Shown here piece by piece: positions 38,781 through 50,020 of a stretch of 64,000 bases of DNA. Under the pieces are notes generated by a model that was given only the letters and a program-made list of their open reading frames with translations, was not told the origin of the DNA and searched no databases. The DNA is from Alkalispirochaeta sp. GTDB lineage: Bacteria > Spirochaetota > Spirochaetia > DSM-27196 > Alkalispirochaetaceae. Position numbers and translations under genes: made by a program. The first letter of the stretch is position 1. Every line of letters begins with the position of its first letter. The stretch is from contig CBDESZ010000022.1 in the NCBI GenBank assembly GCA_965242725.1, positions 1 to 64,000 of the forward strand. Reading direction: 5' to 3'.

Positions 38781-39188
38781 TCACTCTCCCCGCTTTGTCT
38801 CGCCCACGATATCCACCGCCGGACGATCGTAAATGTGCTCGTTCAGAAGCTTTTTGCCGATGATATGGCGCCGAATGATCTGGCGGGCTACCTCGGGGGT
38901 GACGGAACCGTAAATGACGGAGGGCATGTCACTGGTACGGACCTCAACGGTCGGCTCCGCGTGATCGAGCCCCATACCACCAACCTGACGTACCGCCACG
39001 TTGGTCAATCCATGCTGGTTCAACTCCTCGATAAACGCCTTCAATGTGTCCTTGGCGCCTGCGGCAATTCCGCTCGTGCCCATGCTGACGATGATGTCGG
39101 CGTCTTTGTTTTCCGGCGATCGCATTTCCAGCTCCTGCCGTTTTGCCTCTCTGAGTTTTCTCAGATCTTCCAACGTCATCTTTGCCAT
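38781..39188 (-). CDS. Thioredoxin-like ferredoxin-fold subunit (HndB/HydD-like) with no cysteines
   Basis: MGTSGIAAGA, EPTVEV, YGSVTPE..IIRRHI match HndB-type subunits, but the protein has no Cys. Confidence 0.85.
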   Translation of the reverse strand: MAKMTLEDLRKLREAKRQELEMRSPENKDADIIVSMGTSGIAAGAKDTLKAFIEELNQHGLTNVAVRQVGGMGLDHAEPTVEVRTSDMPSVIYGSVTPEVARQIIRRHIIGKKLLNEHIYDRPAVDIVGETKRGE

Positions 39189-39760
39189 TCTCGGCCTCCC
39201 TCGGTAATTTCAAGGCTCTCTTCCAGAGAACCGATGTACTCGGCGAGGAGCAGTTGGGATCCAGCCGTTTCCAGCTCCCCCAGGGCTTCCCGCAATTCGC
39301 TTCGCCGTAACGAGTAGTCGCCGTCGTTACGTCGACGAACAACCGTCAACTCATAATCTCCGTCAAAACAAAGGAGTCGCTGTATCATCTCCGCGACACT
39401 CCCCATCGGAGGTGCGTCGATATGGTCCGTCGGCAGGGTGAGGACCACCTGCGTACCGCGACCCGGTTCACTCCTGATCTCGAAGGAACCGTTTACGGCC
39501 TCCGTCATTTGCCGTACGAAGGGAAGGCCCAGTCCGACGCTCCGTCCCGGATGTTTCTTCCCGTCCGTAAAAAAGGGATCCAGGGCGCGCTCCAACGCTT
39601 CTCTGTCCATCCCCTTTCCGTCGTCCCGGAGGTCGATATGAATGGACGTCCGACCTCCCGACTCAACCCGCTCTTCCAGATTCAGATTGATAACCCGCGA
39701 CCCCGCCTCTATGGAGTTCTGGACGAGGTCCAGCAGATACTCCGCAACGGTGTAATGCAG
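39176..39760 (-). CDS. Stand-alone HATPase_c (histidine-kinase-like ATP-binding) protein
   Basis: DLVQNSIEAG (N box), DDGKGM (G1), DPFFT (F), GLGLP (G2), SEPGRGT; no His-phosphoacceptor domain; apparent start codon is CTG. Confidence 0.85.
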   Translation of the reverse strand: MHYTVAEYLLDLVQNSIEAGSRVINLNLEERVESGGRTSIHIDLRDDGKGMDREALERALDPFFTDGKKHPGRSVGLGLPFVRQMTEAVNGSFEIRSEPGRGTQVVLTLPTDHIDAPPMGSVAEMIQRLLCFDGDYELTVVRRRNDGDYSLRRSELREALGELETAGSQLLLAEYIGSLEESLEITEGGREWQR

Positions 39761-39761
39761 C

Positions 39762-40247
39762 TTACGCCCCCCGGTGTTTTGCGAGAATTTCCGGGAGATC
39801 GCCTTTGGAGAGCTTTCCGTACACCTCGTCATTGACCATGACCACCGGAGCCAGACCGCAACATCCGACACACCGGACGGACTCCATTGAAAAATGCTCG
39901 TCTTCAGTTGTCTGGTTTACCCCGATGCCGATGAGGTTTTCGATCTCGTCAATCAGGTCCTGTCCGCCTTTCAAATAGCACGCCGTGCCCATGCAGACCT
40001 GTATTCTGTTCCGTCCCGGTTTTTTCAGTTTGAAATAGTGATAGAAGGTGATGACACCGTAGATCTTGGCGAGGGGGACATCCATGTATCGCGCCAGCTC
40101 AAGCGCCTCCGCCCGGGGGATGTAACCGTAAATCTGCTGCATCTTGTGGAGGATCATGATGAGATTCCCCGGTTTTGCACGCCACAAATCTACAAAGTCA
40201 ATAAGTTCCTTCGGAAGTTCGGTTTTTTGTGCCGTTTGACTCGCCAT
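39762..40247 (-). CDS. hydC: NuoE-like 2Fe-2S hydrogenase subunit
   Basis: YGVITFY, VCMGTACYLKG, RCVGCCGLAPV; GAGGAGG before ATG 40247. Confidence 0.95.
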   Translation of the reverse strand: MASQTAQKTELPKELIDFVDLWRAKPGNLIMILHKMQQIYGYIPRAEALELARYMDVPLAKIYGVITFYHYFKLKKPGRNRIQVCMGTACYLKGGQDLIDEIENLIGIGVNQTTEDEHFSMESVRCVGCCGLAPVVMVNDEVYGKLSKGDLPEILAKHRGA

Positions 40248-40327
40248 ATACGGCCTCCTCGTATCTGTGGTAATTAACGTCCGAATTGTAGCGTCATATG
40301 AAATTTGTTGCAAGAGAAATCGTTTTA

Positions 40328-40345
40328 TTGTTATTCCGTTCACAT
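40328..40345. promoter_or_regulatory. Putative Rex operator
   Basis: TTGTTAT-TCCG-TTCACAT fits the TTGTGAA-N4-TTCACAA Rex consensus; lies in the AT-rich gap between divergent hydC and rex. Confidence 0.7.
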
Positions 40346-40429
40346 TATTTCTTACTGAAAAACTTTGTTGAATGTAGTTGGCACGGAGAGTATTATTCTG
40401 TTAGTTTATGTGATACAAGGTGCAAATAT

Positions 40430-41131
40430 ATGGAAACTAAAATCAACAGAGGAATAGTATTACGACTCGCAAAGTACTTGCGGGTACTACATAAGCTCAA
40501 AAGCCTGGGTTTTGTGAAGGTCTTTTCCAATAACCTCGGTGACGCCATCGGTGTAACCCCCGCGGTGGTACGTAAAGACTTCTCCACGATCAATATTCCC
40601 GGCAACAAACGGGGTGGCTACAATATCGATGTCATTATAGAAGAAGTGGAAAAGGTCCTCGGGAAAGAAGACCGTCAGCAGGTGGTCATTATCGGCTGCG
40701 GAAAGATCGGCCAGGCCCTGATGAATTACTCCGAGTTCGAACGGGAAGGCATCGAGGTCGTCGCAGGATTTGACGTAAACCCGGAGGTGGTCAATCAGGA
40801 TGCCCGTATCCCCGTCTATCCTCTCGATGAGTTCACCGCATTTACCGAGAATCGGGATATCAGGGTGGCGATACTTGCCGTCCCGGATACTGCAGCCACT
40901 GAGGTGTTTGAGATGGTGACCCAGGCGGGAATCCCCGGGGTCCTCAACTTTACCGCGGTGGAACTGAAATGTTCCAAGTGCGACTACGAAAACTGTCCCG
41001 TCAGATGTGTCGTTCAAAATGTGAACATCGGTCTCGAGATAGAGAACCTCTTTTATCTCGTACGCATGAAAAACGCCGATCTCCTTGAAGAGCAGAAATC
41101 GGAATCCAACGTATCGAGCCGCGTCAGCTGA
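40430..41131 (+). CDS. rex: Redox-sensing transcriptional repressor Rex
   Basis: RLAKYLR, VRKDFS, G.KRGGYNI, IIGCGKIGQAL, FDVNP, AILAVP, GVLNFT. Confidence 0.95.
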   Translation: METKINRGIVLRLAKYLRVLHKLKSLGFVKVFSNNLGDAIGVTPAVVRKDFSTINIPGNKRGGYNIDVIIEEVEKVLGKEDRQQVVIIGCGKIGQALMNYSEFEREGIEVVAGFDVNPEVVNQDARIPVYPLDEFTAFTENRDIRVAILAVPDTAATEVFEMVTQAGIPGVLNFTAVELKCSKCDYENCPVRCVVQNVNIGLEIENLFYLVRMKNADLLEEQKSESNVSSRVS

Positions 41132-41133
41132 CA

Positions 41134-41478
41134 ATGACATTGACAGAGTGTGTTGACCGCGTTTCCGCGGAATGGATCGTCCCCGGCGACGGAGCGACCG
41201 AATTTCACGACATCGTCGTTTCCGACCTGATGAGCGATGTTCTGGTAACGGAGCATGATGATTTCCTCCTCGTCACCTCTCTCACATCGGAGCAGGTCGT
41301 GCGTACGGCGGATATCGTCGATGCAAAGGCAATTCTCCTTTCCAACGGGAAACACCCCCAGCCGGCGATGAAGACGCTGGCTGCCCAGCAAGGTATTCCC
41401 GTTCTGACATCGCCCCTTCCCACCTTCGACGTCTGCCGACTCCTCGCAGGCTGCAAGGACAGGACGCCCGCTTCATGA
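41134..41478 (+). CDS. DRTGG domain protein
   Basis: SDLMSDVL, LLVTSL...QVVRTA, GKHP. Confidence 0.85.
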   Translation: MTLTECVDRVSAEWIVPGDGATEFHDIVVSDLMSDVLVTEHDDFLLVTSLTSEQVVRTADIVDAKAILLSNGKHPQPAMKTLAAQQGIPVLTSPLPTFDVCRLLAGCKDRTPAS

Positions 41479-42413
41479 CCAGCGGAAGCCCGATCCCCAT
41501 CGATACCGACCAGGCTTCCCCCCTTATTACAGAGCTTATTTACCGCCTCAAAATTCGGGATATCATGACTACCGATGTGCATACGGAGTCTTCGGAACAC
41601 ACGATGCGGGATGCCCAGCAGCTGATGAAGGCAAATGGAATTACCGGAGTCCCTATCATCGAAGCGGACCGTCTGGTGGGCATTATCAGCATGGATGACG
41701 TCATCCATGCCCTGGACGACGGGAAGATCGACGCGCCGATACACTCATACATGACCCGCAAGGTGATCGTCCTGGAGGACGACATGCCGGTCAGTTTCGG
41801 GATTTCCTATCTCGAGAAGTACCGCTACGGGCGTTTTCCCGTACTCAATGCGGCAAAACAGCTTGTCGGTATCATCACAAGTCGGGACATCATTATTGCC
41901 CTCCTCCTGGAAATCAACAAAGAGGTCGAACGTTTCGAGGCGGCAAATCCGCCGCAGCAGACCGACGGCCTCGGATTTCGTCTTGAGTACGCTACCCGTC
42001 GATTTGATTTTGAGACTGCGGGGCGGCTGTCAACGGAGACGAAAAAGCAACTCAAGATCCGCAAAATGCCGCCAAAGCTGATGCGCCGTGTCGCGGTTGC
42101 GTGCTATGAGCTTGAAATGAACCAGGTGGTCCACTCCTACGGCGGTTCGGTTCGGGTTGAATTTGATCCCAACCGGGGACGCATCGATATCGTCGCCGCC
42201 GACCGCGGACCCGGCATCGAAAATGTGGACGAGGCACTCACCGAAGGCTATTCCACCGCAACCGAATGGGTGCGATCCCTCGGATTCGGAGCGGGAATGG
42301 GCCTTCCCAACACGCGACGCGTCACAGACGAATTTGACATACAATCCAGCCCGGCGGGCACAACCGTTCGGGTAACAATTTTTATTCCGGAGGCGGGTGA
42401 TGAACGTAGGTGA
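41475..42413 (+). CDS. CBS-pair protein fused to RsbT/anti-sigma-type ATPase (putative Ser/Thr kinase)
   Basis: Two CBS motifs (GVPII..LVGIISMDD; RFPVL..LVGIITSRD) then YELEMN, DRGPGI, GYST, GFGAGMGLPN. Confidence 0.88.
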   Translation: MTSGSPIPIDTDQASPLITELIYRLKIRDIMTTDVHTESSEHTMRDAQQLMKANGITGVPIIEADRLVGIISMDDVIHALDDGKIDAPIHSYMTRKVIVLEDDMPVSFGISYLEKYRYGRFPVLNAAKQLVGIITSRDIIIALLLEINKEVERFEAANPPQQTDGLGFRLEYATRRFDFETAGRLSTETKKQLKIRKMPPKLMRRVAVACYELEMNQVVHSYGGSVRVEFDPNRGRIDIVAADRGPGIENVDEALTEGYSTATEWVRSLGFGAGMGLPNTRRVTDEFDIQSSPAGTTVRVTIFIPEAGDERR

Positions 42414-42735
42414 GCTCTCGGAAATCCTCAAACTCGAAACACTTCAGGGAGCCTTTGAAGACCGTCCCCTTTCGGGGGCATACACGTCTGATCTGCTCAG
42501 TGACGTAATGGCCCATGGCCACGATGCGGATGTCCTCATAACGATTCAGTCCCATAAAAATACGGTCGCAGTGGCGACGCTTATAGGGGCGGCGGCAATT
42601 CTCATTTGCAATGGACGTCCCGTTCCGGAAGAGATGATTGCCGCAGCGAGAGATGAGGAAATCGCAATTTTCCGTTCCCGGGAAGACCAGTTTACCCTTT
42701 CCGGAAAGATCTACGAGATCCTCAGGCGCACATAG
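42400..42735 (+). CDS. DRTGG domain protein
   Basis: YTSDLLSDVMA, ITIQSHKNTVAVA. Confidence 0.85.
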   Translation: MNVGELSEILKLETLQGAFEDRPLSGAYTSDLLSDVMAHGHDADVLITIQSHKNTVAVATLIGAAAILICNGRPVPEEMIAAARDEEIAIFRSREDQFTLSGKIYEILRRT

Positions 42736-42749
42736 CCCGGAACGCTCCG

Positions 42750-43500
42750 TTGAAAATCGTCGCGGATCTCCACAACCATTCATGCCTCAGCCCCTGTGGA
42801 GACCTCTACGCAAGTCCGTTACGCCTGGCGGAACGGGCCGCCGCCGCCGGCATTCACCTCATGGCGCTGACCGACCATAACAGTGCCGCAAACTCCCCCG
42901 CCTTTGCCGAGGCGTGCCGCCGCTGGAAAATTATGGCGCTCTTCGGAACGGAGACGACGAGCCGCGAAGAGGTTCACATTCTTTCCCTCTTTCCGACCGT
43001 CGACGCCGCCCTCGCCTGGGGCGAGTGGCTCTACGGCTATCTCCCCGATTTTCGACACGATCCCGAAAAATTCGGCGACCAGGTTATTGTGGATGTGGAT
43101 GAAAATATTATCGACTTTGAGAAGCGTTACCTCATTCCTGCGGTGGATCTTGGTATCGAGGAAATTGTTGCGAAAACTCACAAACGGAAGGGGCTGATCA
43201 TTCCCGCCCATATCGACCGCAGCGCCAACAGCATCTTCTCTCAACTCGGCTTTCTTCCCGACCTGCCCTACGACGCCCTGGAGATCACCCGGCTTCCCCC
43301 TCCCCCGGAGGACGGGACGTTTCCCGCTGATTTGCGACTCCGACGCCCATTTTCTTGACGACGTCGGACGCCGCACCTTCTCCTTTTCCGCGGATATTTC
43401 TCCCTCGTCGACTCAGGAGGAGATATTCGACGCTCTTACCGGCGCCCTGCGGAGCGGAGCAATCACTCTCTCCATCAACTTGGAAAAAGGAACATTTTGA
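42750..43500 (+). CDS. PHP domain phosphoesterase, one frameshift near 43300-43320
   Basis: DLHNHSCLSPC, ALTDHN, PAHIDR; the closing SDAH motif (FPLICDSDAHFLDDVG) is in another frame after a C-rich run. Confidence 0.85.
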
Positions 43501-43517
43501 AGTATCTTCCCCCGGTA

Positions 43518-44290
43518 ATGGGAAGAGATACTCGTACACTCCTGTTTGTTCTCGGTACGGCACTCATTCTCATTCTTCCGGTACGTGAAAATCACGGCAC
43601 TGCCGGACGTACCGCCCCCTCCGGAGGGATTTCACCTCCTGGAAGAGGCGACGCAGTACATGCTGACCATAGAGGAGCATCCGGACGAGATTCTTCGTCT
43701 GATCAATGCCGCGGAACATTCGTTTCGGAAACTTCCTGACGAACAGACGCGACAATACTGGATTGCCCGGGCGGAACTGGCACGGGCGACGAGATACAAC
43801 CAGCTGGATGAAAAAAGCAGCGCCGCCGATGCGGCGGCGCGGGGGCTGAAGGTGATAGAGCGCCTCCTTCAGGACGAACCGTTTTCCGATGGTTTACGGG
43901 TACTCGCGGATTTGCACGCTCAAATGATGTCGGCGAAGGGATTGATATACATGATACGAAACGGCAGCACAGCGAGAGACGCCGCGATCGAAGCGTTGGA
44001 ACGGGAGCCCCGGAACATAAAGGCACAGATCACCGTCGCGGGCTTTCTCCTCAATGCACCACCCATGGCGGGAGGAGACACGGAACAGGGGCGCATGGTC
44101 CTGGAGCGCGCCCTCGCACAGGAACCGGCCAGCGCAAACGACCGATTTCTCATCCTCGGGTGGCTTGCCCAGGCGAGTCACACCCTGAACGATATGGACG
44201 CGGCGGAACAATACCTCGCCGAAGCACTTTTCAATCTATCCCGAAAGCGAGTGGCTCGCCGAAATCGGTGACGAAATTCTGGAACCCTGA
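43518..44290 (+). CDS. Exported TPR-like helical protein, two apparent frameshifts
   Basis: Signal-peptide-like MGRDTRTLLFVLGTALILILPV, main frame 43546-44271 with APPMAGGD and TPR-like helices, shifted tail SIYPESEWLAEI. Confidence 0.55.
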
Positions 44291-44296
44291 GCGACC

Positions 44297-46754
44297 CTAC
44301 CCCATCGTTGCGGTCCCGAATCACGTCACGGGGTTTGCTTCCGTTCTGGGGGCCTACGATTCCCATTCGTTCCATCTCTTCCACCATCCGGAGCGGCTCG
44401 ATTGTATCCGACCTTCAGCCGCCGCTGGAGGTAACTCGCCGACGCCTTCTGTGAGGACGTCACGACCTCAATTGCCTTTTCCATGAGCGGATCTTCCAGA
44501 ACGTCGGTATCCATGATGTCATCGTCGTCTTCGATGAAGATTTCGTCGTCTATGTAGTCAGGCTCTCCGTACTTCTTTACCTCCTCGACGACCCGTTCAA
44601 CTTCATCCTCCGAGAGAAAGGCCCCCTGAATGCGCACCGGAAAGGGATCGGCGGAGGAGGTAAAGAGCATGTCTCCCCGACCGAGAAGCTTTTTCCGCCC
44701 CGACCGTGTCGATGATGATCCGGGAATCCACCTTGCTGGCGACCATGAAGGCGATGCGGGAGGGGATATTCGCCTTAATGAGACCGGTAATGACGTCCGT
44801 CGACGGCCGCTGCGTGGCAAGGACGATGTGAATGCCGACGGCGCGGCTCATTGCGGCAAGACGGGCAACGGTGCTCTCCAGCTCCTTGCCGCTAGTGGCC
44901 ATGAGGGTCTGCAAACTCATCGATGATCACCACGATGTACGGAAGCGGTTCAGTGGCGAGATTCTTGCGTTTTATTTTGGCGTTGTACCCGGATATGTCC
45001 CGTGCTCCCAGGGAATCAAGGAGGCTGTAACGTCGTTCCATTTCATAAATCAGGTACTGCAGTGCCTGAAACGCCCCCGTTTGGGATCGGTGATGACCGG
45101 CGTGAGCAGGTGCGGTATGTCGTTGTAAAACTTCAGTTCCACGATCTTCGGATCGATGAGGATAAGCTTTACATCCGCAGGTCGTCGACGATAGAGAACT
45201 GAACAAATGATTGAGTTGACGCAGACCGATTTTCCGCTCCCCGTTGCACCCGCTATGAGGAGATGGGGGGTTCGCGTCAAATCGACGATCTGCGCCTCAC
45301 CGGCGATATCCTTCCCGAGGGCGATAGGGATACCGTGGTCGTCACCGAAGAATTCGTCGTCCCGGAGGAGCTCGCCGAAGGAGACGATGTTCCGCTCCTT
45401 GTTGGGGATCTCGATACCCACTGCATGTTTCCCCGGTATCGGTGCCACGATACGGACGCTCGAAGCCGCAAGTCTCAGGGCAATGTTGTCGGCGAGATTC
45501 GTTATTTTCGTGAGCTTCACCCCCGGCGCGGGGAGAATTTCAAACATGGTGATGACGGGACCCTTCCTGATACCCGTAACCTCCGCACGAATACCGAACT
45601 CCTCGAGGGTGACACGCAGCACTTCGCCCGCATCGCGCGTTCCGTCGTCAATTTCCCAATATCGACCGTCGGAGTATTGGTGCAGAATGGTGTCTATAGG
45701 CAGGGAGTAGGGGCGTCCGCCGCTCTTCGCGGGCTTTTTGTCGACGTTCCCGGCCAGTCCCGTTTCCCGACGCTCCGGTAACTCATCGTCTCCGTTCCAT
45801 TGGTCGAGCACGTCATCGTCGTCAAACTCCTCGTCGTCCCACTCGTCCTCTTCGTCATAGGCCGCATCGAGAATCTCCACATCGTCATCATCGGGGCCAT
45901 ACCGTCCGTCCACTTCGTCGTCGATGTCGGCGTCCACGTCGGCGGCGGGTCCGGATTTTCGGCCGAAAATGAGCGGAAGGGGCTCGTCGTCCAGCCCCTC
46001 TTCCATCTTTCGCCGGAGTGCGGAAAGGGTCCGGCCGATATCTCCGGCCGGTGTCTCTTCCCGGGGCGGGATGGTGCGGGCGACGTCATGTACGGCGTCC
46101 TCTTCGGTATATCCGTCGTCTTCCACGATGTAGGCGTATCGATCATCCCGTTCATCGTGGTCATCGAGCACCTCTTCTTCCTCTTCGAAGAGCTCCTCAA
46201 CTTCTTCCCTCCGCGCCTGTTCCGGTTCCGGGAGGGGCAGCACCTGGGATTCTTCGTCTGGAGTCTCCTCGTCATTGTCGTCGGCCTCCTGGTCCTCCTG
46301 GTCGGCAGCAAGATAGCGCCAGATCTGCATGAGTCCCACCGCCTCTATGGCGAGGACAAGGCTGAGCACGAGAATCGCACCCCGGGGCGTGAATGACTGA
46401 ACGACGAGTCGAAGGAAGGGGAGAAAGCGCTTCGCCGTCCGCCGTGAAGAGCTGCAGAATTGCGGCGATTGTCAATACGGGAACATGCACCAGATTGAGA
46501 AGGACGATCGTCGACCACGTTAGGGGTGCCTTCCGACCCGTTAACCCGGCGAGAATGAGAATGTACAGAGGAACCCACCACGCCGCCACATGTAATATGG
46601 TAAAGAGGAACCGCCCCGGTATCGCCACAATCCAGCCAAAAAAGGCGTTTGGATCGAGCATCGCGACGCCCAATGAAAGGACGACTGCAACGCCGGTTAT
46701 ACCGAGAATCGCGGCAATGATGACGTGTGCCGGATGTTTTGTACGCTGGACCAC
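44297..46754 (-). CDS. ftsK: DNA translocase FtsK, several frameshifts; 3' end approximate
   Basis: N-terminal TM block, [57 protein letters not shown], gamma domain [17 protein letters not shown]. Confidence 0.92.
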
Positions 46755-46825
46755 AAATACCCTCCCTGTACCTCAGTATCGGTAGGTTGAGCCCGGGGTA
46801 TTAGGTCTTCCCGAGAGTCGGGGCG

Positions 46826-47619
46826 CTAGAAAAAGAAGAGGCCCCACAGCCCGAGGGGGACGAGGTACATGGCAAAAAGATACATCTTTCCCGCCTGGAC
46901 GATTCGCAAGAGGACGGTAAGCGCAAAGAATCCCACTATTCCGGCGGCGACACACCCTGCAAGAATATTCGCCACTCCGATCTGTGCATTCAGAGAACCG
47001 AGGTCCCGCGCCGTGAGTACAAGGGCGCCGAGTATTGCCGGAATGGAGAGGAGGAATGAGTATTCCCCCGCGGTTTTACGGTCCATGTGGGCATACAACG
47101 CCGCTGAAATGGTGATACCCGATCGGGAAATCCCGGGCAGCACCCCAAAGCCCTGGGCAACGCCAAGGAGAACCGAGTCCTTCCATCCGATATCGCCCAT
47201 TGGACGTCGCCCGGTGCTCCACCGCGTCATGATCAAAAGCGCGGCGGTGACCAGAAAGAGCACCGATGTAATCCGGGGATCGCGGATATCGAAGGATGCA
47301 TCCAGGGCGATACCGACACCTCCGTTATCGCCGTGGTGACGATGATCATCGGTATGAGCCGTACATATGGTCGATCTTCCTCGGTGACTGAACGTCCGAA
47401 AAACCGTACGAGGGCCCTCAGGAACGCCGTCACCTGACGACGCAACACGATAATGACGGCAACAAGCGTGGCCGCATGGAGGAGCACATCAAAGAGGACG
47501 GGAATTTCACCAACTCCGAAGAGTTCACGGGCAACTACCAGATGGCCGCTGCTTGAAACGGGCAGGAATTCCGTTGCCCCCTGGAGTACGCCAAGTGCTA
47601 TCGATTGAATCACATTCAT
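46826..47619 (-). CDS. uppP: Undecaprenyl-diphosphate phosphatase, frameshift near 47320
   Basis: QGATEFLPVSSSGH, LHAATL and PGISRSG, YSFLLSIP in two frames. Confidence 0.92.
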
Positions 47620-47638
47620 CACATGTTCCTTTCAGTCA

Positions 47639-50020
47639 TCATGGGTCGAAGAGTTGATGAAACGTCCGTTCCGGCGGCGTACCGTCGGCGATCCACTGGT
47701 ACATCGCTGCCGAAACGGCGATTCTCCGCACGTACCAACGAGTTTCGATAAAGGGCAGGGACTCTATTTGCAGTATCGGCGGAAGATCACCGAACTCATC
47801 TATCCACCGTCGCCCTCGTCCGAGACCTGCATTGTACGCCGCCAATTGAATGACGGGAACACTCAAGTGCTCCTCAAGATAATCCAGGTAATACGCCCCG
47901 AGACGAAGATTGTCATCGGGATTGGACAAATCAAGCGGGGCGATATCAAGGCGCCGTATCACATCGTCCGCGGTGGCGGGCATAAGCTGTGCGAGGCCGT
48001 ACGCTCCCACGTGGGACCGGGCATCCCGACGAAAATGACTCTCCTCCCGAACGAGGGCTGTCAACAACGCCGCGGGAACATCGTATCGCTGTGCCGCGGC
48101 GGCGATCTCCTGTCGAAAGGCGGGAGGATAGAGCACCGTGAGGTCATCGGCTGTAAGAGACAGTCCCTCCCCCCGCGCAACCGATCGCCGCGCAAGATCG
48201 AGCGCCGCCGAGTGGTGGCCCAGACGGGCAAGACGCCGGGCCAACGCCAGCGCGGGCGCGGCGACGGCGCCGTCCCGTGCGGGGCGGTCATCGCAAATTC
48301 AAGCGCGGCGTCCACGTCTCCCGCAGTGGTCAATGCATCGGCGATCAGGAGGAGGGCTTCACCACCTTCCCTGGGACCCGTTGATGCTCCGGGGAAGCCC
48401 CCCATTCCCCCGCGACTCATCCACCGGGAATACCTCGGCAAGGTCGGTCTCGGTTCCGGCGATGACCCGCGCCGCAAGGCCTCCAAATTCGTCGATCGAC
48501 AGAGAGCGTGTTCGTTCAAGAAGGGCATCCACCGAATCCCGGGGCGTATAGAGGCGTGACTCCGCCGCCGCCGCGAGAACGTATGACACTTGGGCGGCCG
48601 CCGCAGCCGTGACGGTGGATTCACCTTCCGACGACGTCAGGAGGTGCAGCGCCTCTTCAATCGTCCGGAACCGGCGGCGTCGTACCAGATCGGGGAGGAG
48701 GCGATCCACCGCCCGTTGCAGCTCTTCCGCAGTCGCCCCGAACGCAATCAGGTCGGAAAGGACGGGAATCAGCCCGTCCCCGGAGCCGTCGGCGGTGTAC
48801 AGCGCGAGGTAGCGGTCCCGTATTTCCCGTACAAGCGGATCGGCCGAACCGGCGCGTTCCGAGAGGATGGCACGATACACAGATTGTGCGCGATCGGGAT
48901 CATCCTGCGTCGTCGACGCACGACCCTGCAACACCGCAAGCCGTTCGACGAGGGTGGCGCCGGTATCGGGGGATTCAGGAGACGACGCGCCGGATGCGAC
49001 CGCCTGCGCCGAGAGTCGGGACAACCACGCATCCGTCGTGGGGCGGGCGACGGACAGCGCCTGATCCAGAGTGGCAAAGAGGCCGGGCAACGCCATCTCC
49101 GCCGCAACGGGCGGGGCGGCAACGGCGGAAAACTCCGGTGTTCCAGGCGCCGCGCCGGCGGAGGCGCCGGCGGAGGCGGAGGCGGAGCGAAGGTACCGGA
49201 TCAGATCGTCCGGGGGAATTCCTTCAAAGAGGCGCAGCCCTTCAATACGCTCGCCCTGGGCAACACGGTATACTCCGTCGAGCAGCCGTCGTTCAACGGG
49301 CGTGAATCGCTCAAGCGCGCCCGGGCGATAGTAAAGGTACAGGTAGAGGCGCGTGTGAATATCACCGGCAGGTACGTACAAAAAGGCGTCCAGGATGGCC
49401 TGTCGAACCGAGGGCGTGGCGGTGAACTGCGCAACTGCGAGCCATACGGCGATCTCGTCCCGAAGGGTTCGCAACGACACCTCCTCTCCGATTGTAAGCT
49501 CGTCCATATCGGGGATTTCGCCGACCAGAGCAACCAGTTGAGCGTACTCCTCCATGTTATAGAGACTTTGTCCGCGCAGATACCACCCGTCCCGATGGTA
49601 AGGATACTCCTCGGTTCCACGAATCGCCCATGCGAGCGCGGCGCCCCACTCTTCCCGCTCGGAAAAGATGTGTGCCTTCCGGATCGCCGCAAGTCCGGCC
49701 CAGGGATCGCTCCCCGCGTCGTATGCAAACTGATACGCCTCTTCCGCCGCAACCCGACGCCCCCGGCGTTCAAGTGCCCGGCCGAGAGTGAAGGGCAAAC
49801 TGCGGTGAGACTCCGCCAATTGACCGAGAAGGGAGTGCGTCACATCGAGGGTATCAAGGAAGCGGTGATCCTCCCGCGCCAGTTTCTCCGCAAACGAATC
49901 GGTGTAGCCAGCGGGTTCACCTTCTCCGGCGGGAAGAGAGCTCCCGCACGCCGTCAGGGTGAAGACACCCATGACGATAACGGCGATCAGGGAAGGGAAT
50001 TTGCGGTGAAGGGTGCTCAT
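47639..50020 (-). CDS. Lipoprotein with TPR-like helices and C-terminal SLT lytic transglycosylase, frameshifts near 48240-48390
   Basis: Lipobox-like LTAC; REESHF, GAYGLAQLMPATA, AAYNAG, ETRWYV. Confidence 0.85.

Noticed and set aside
36992..40247. Respiratory complex I (nuoEF) genes
   Set aside because: No membrane nuo subunits; the genes are co-transcribed with an H-cluster hydrogenase
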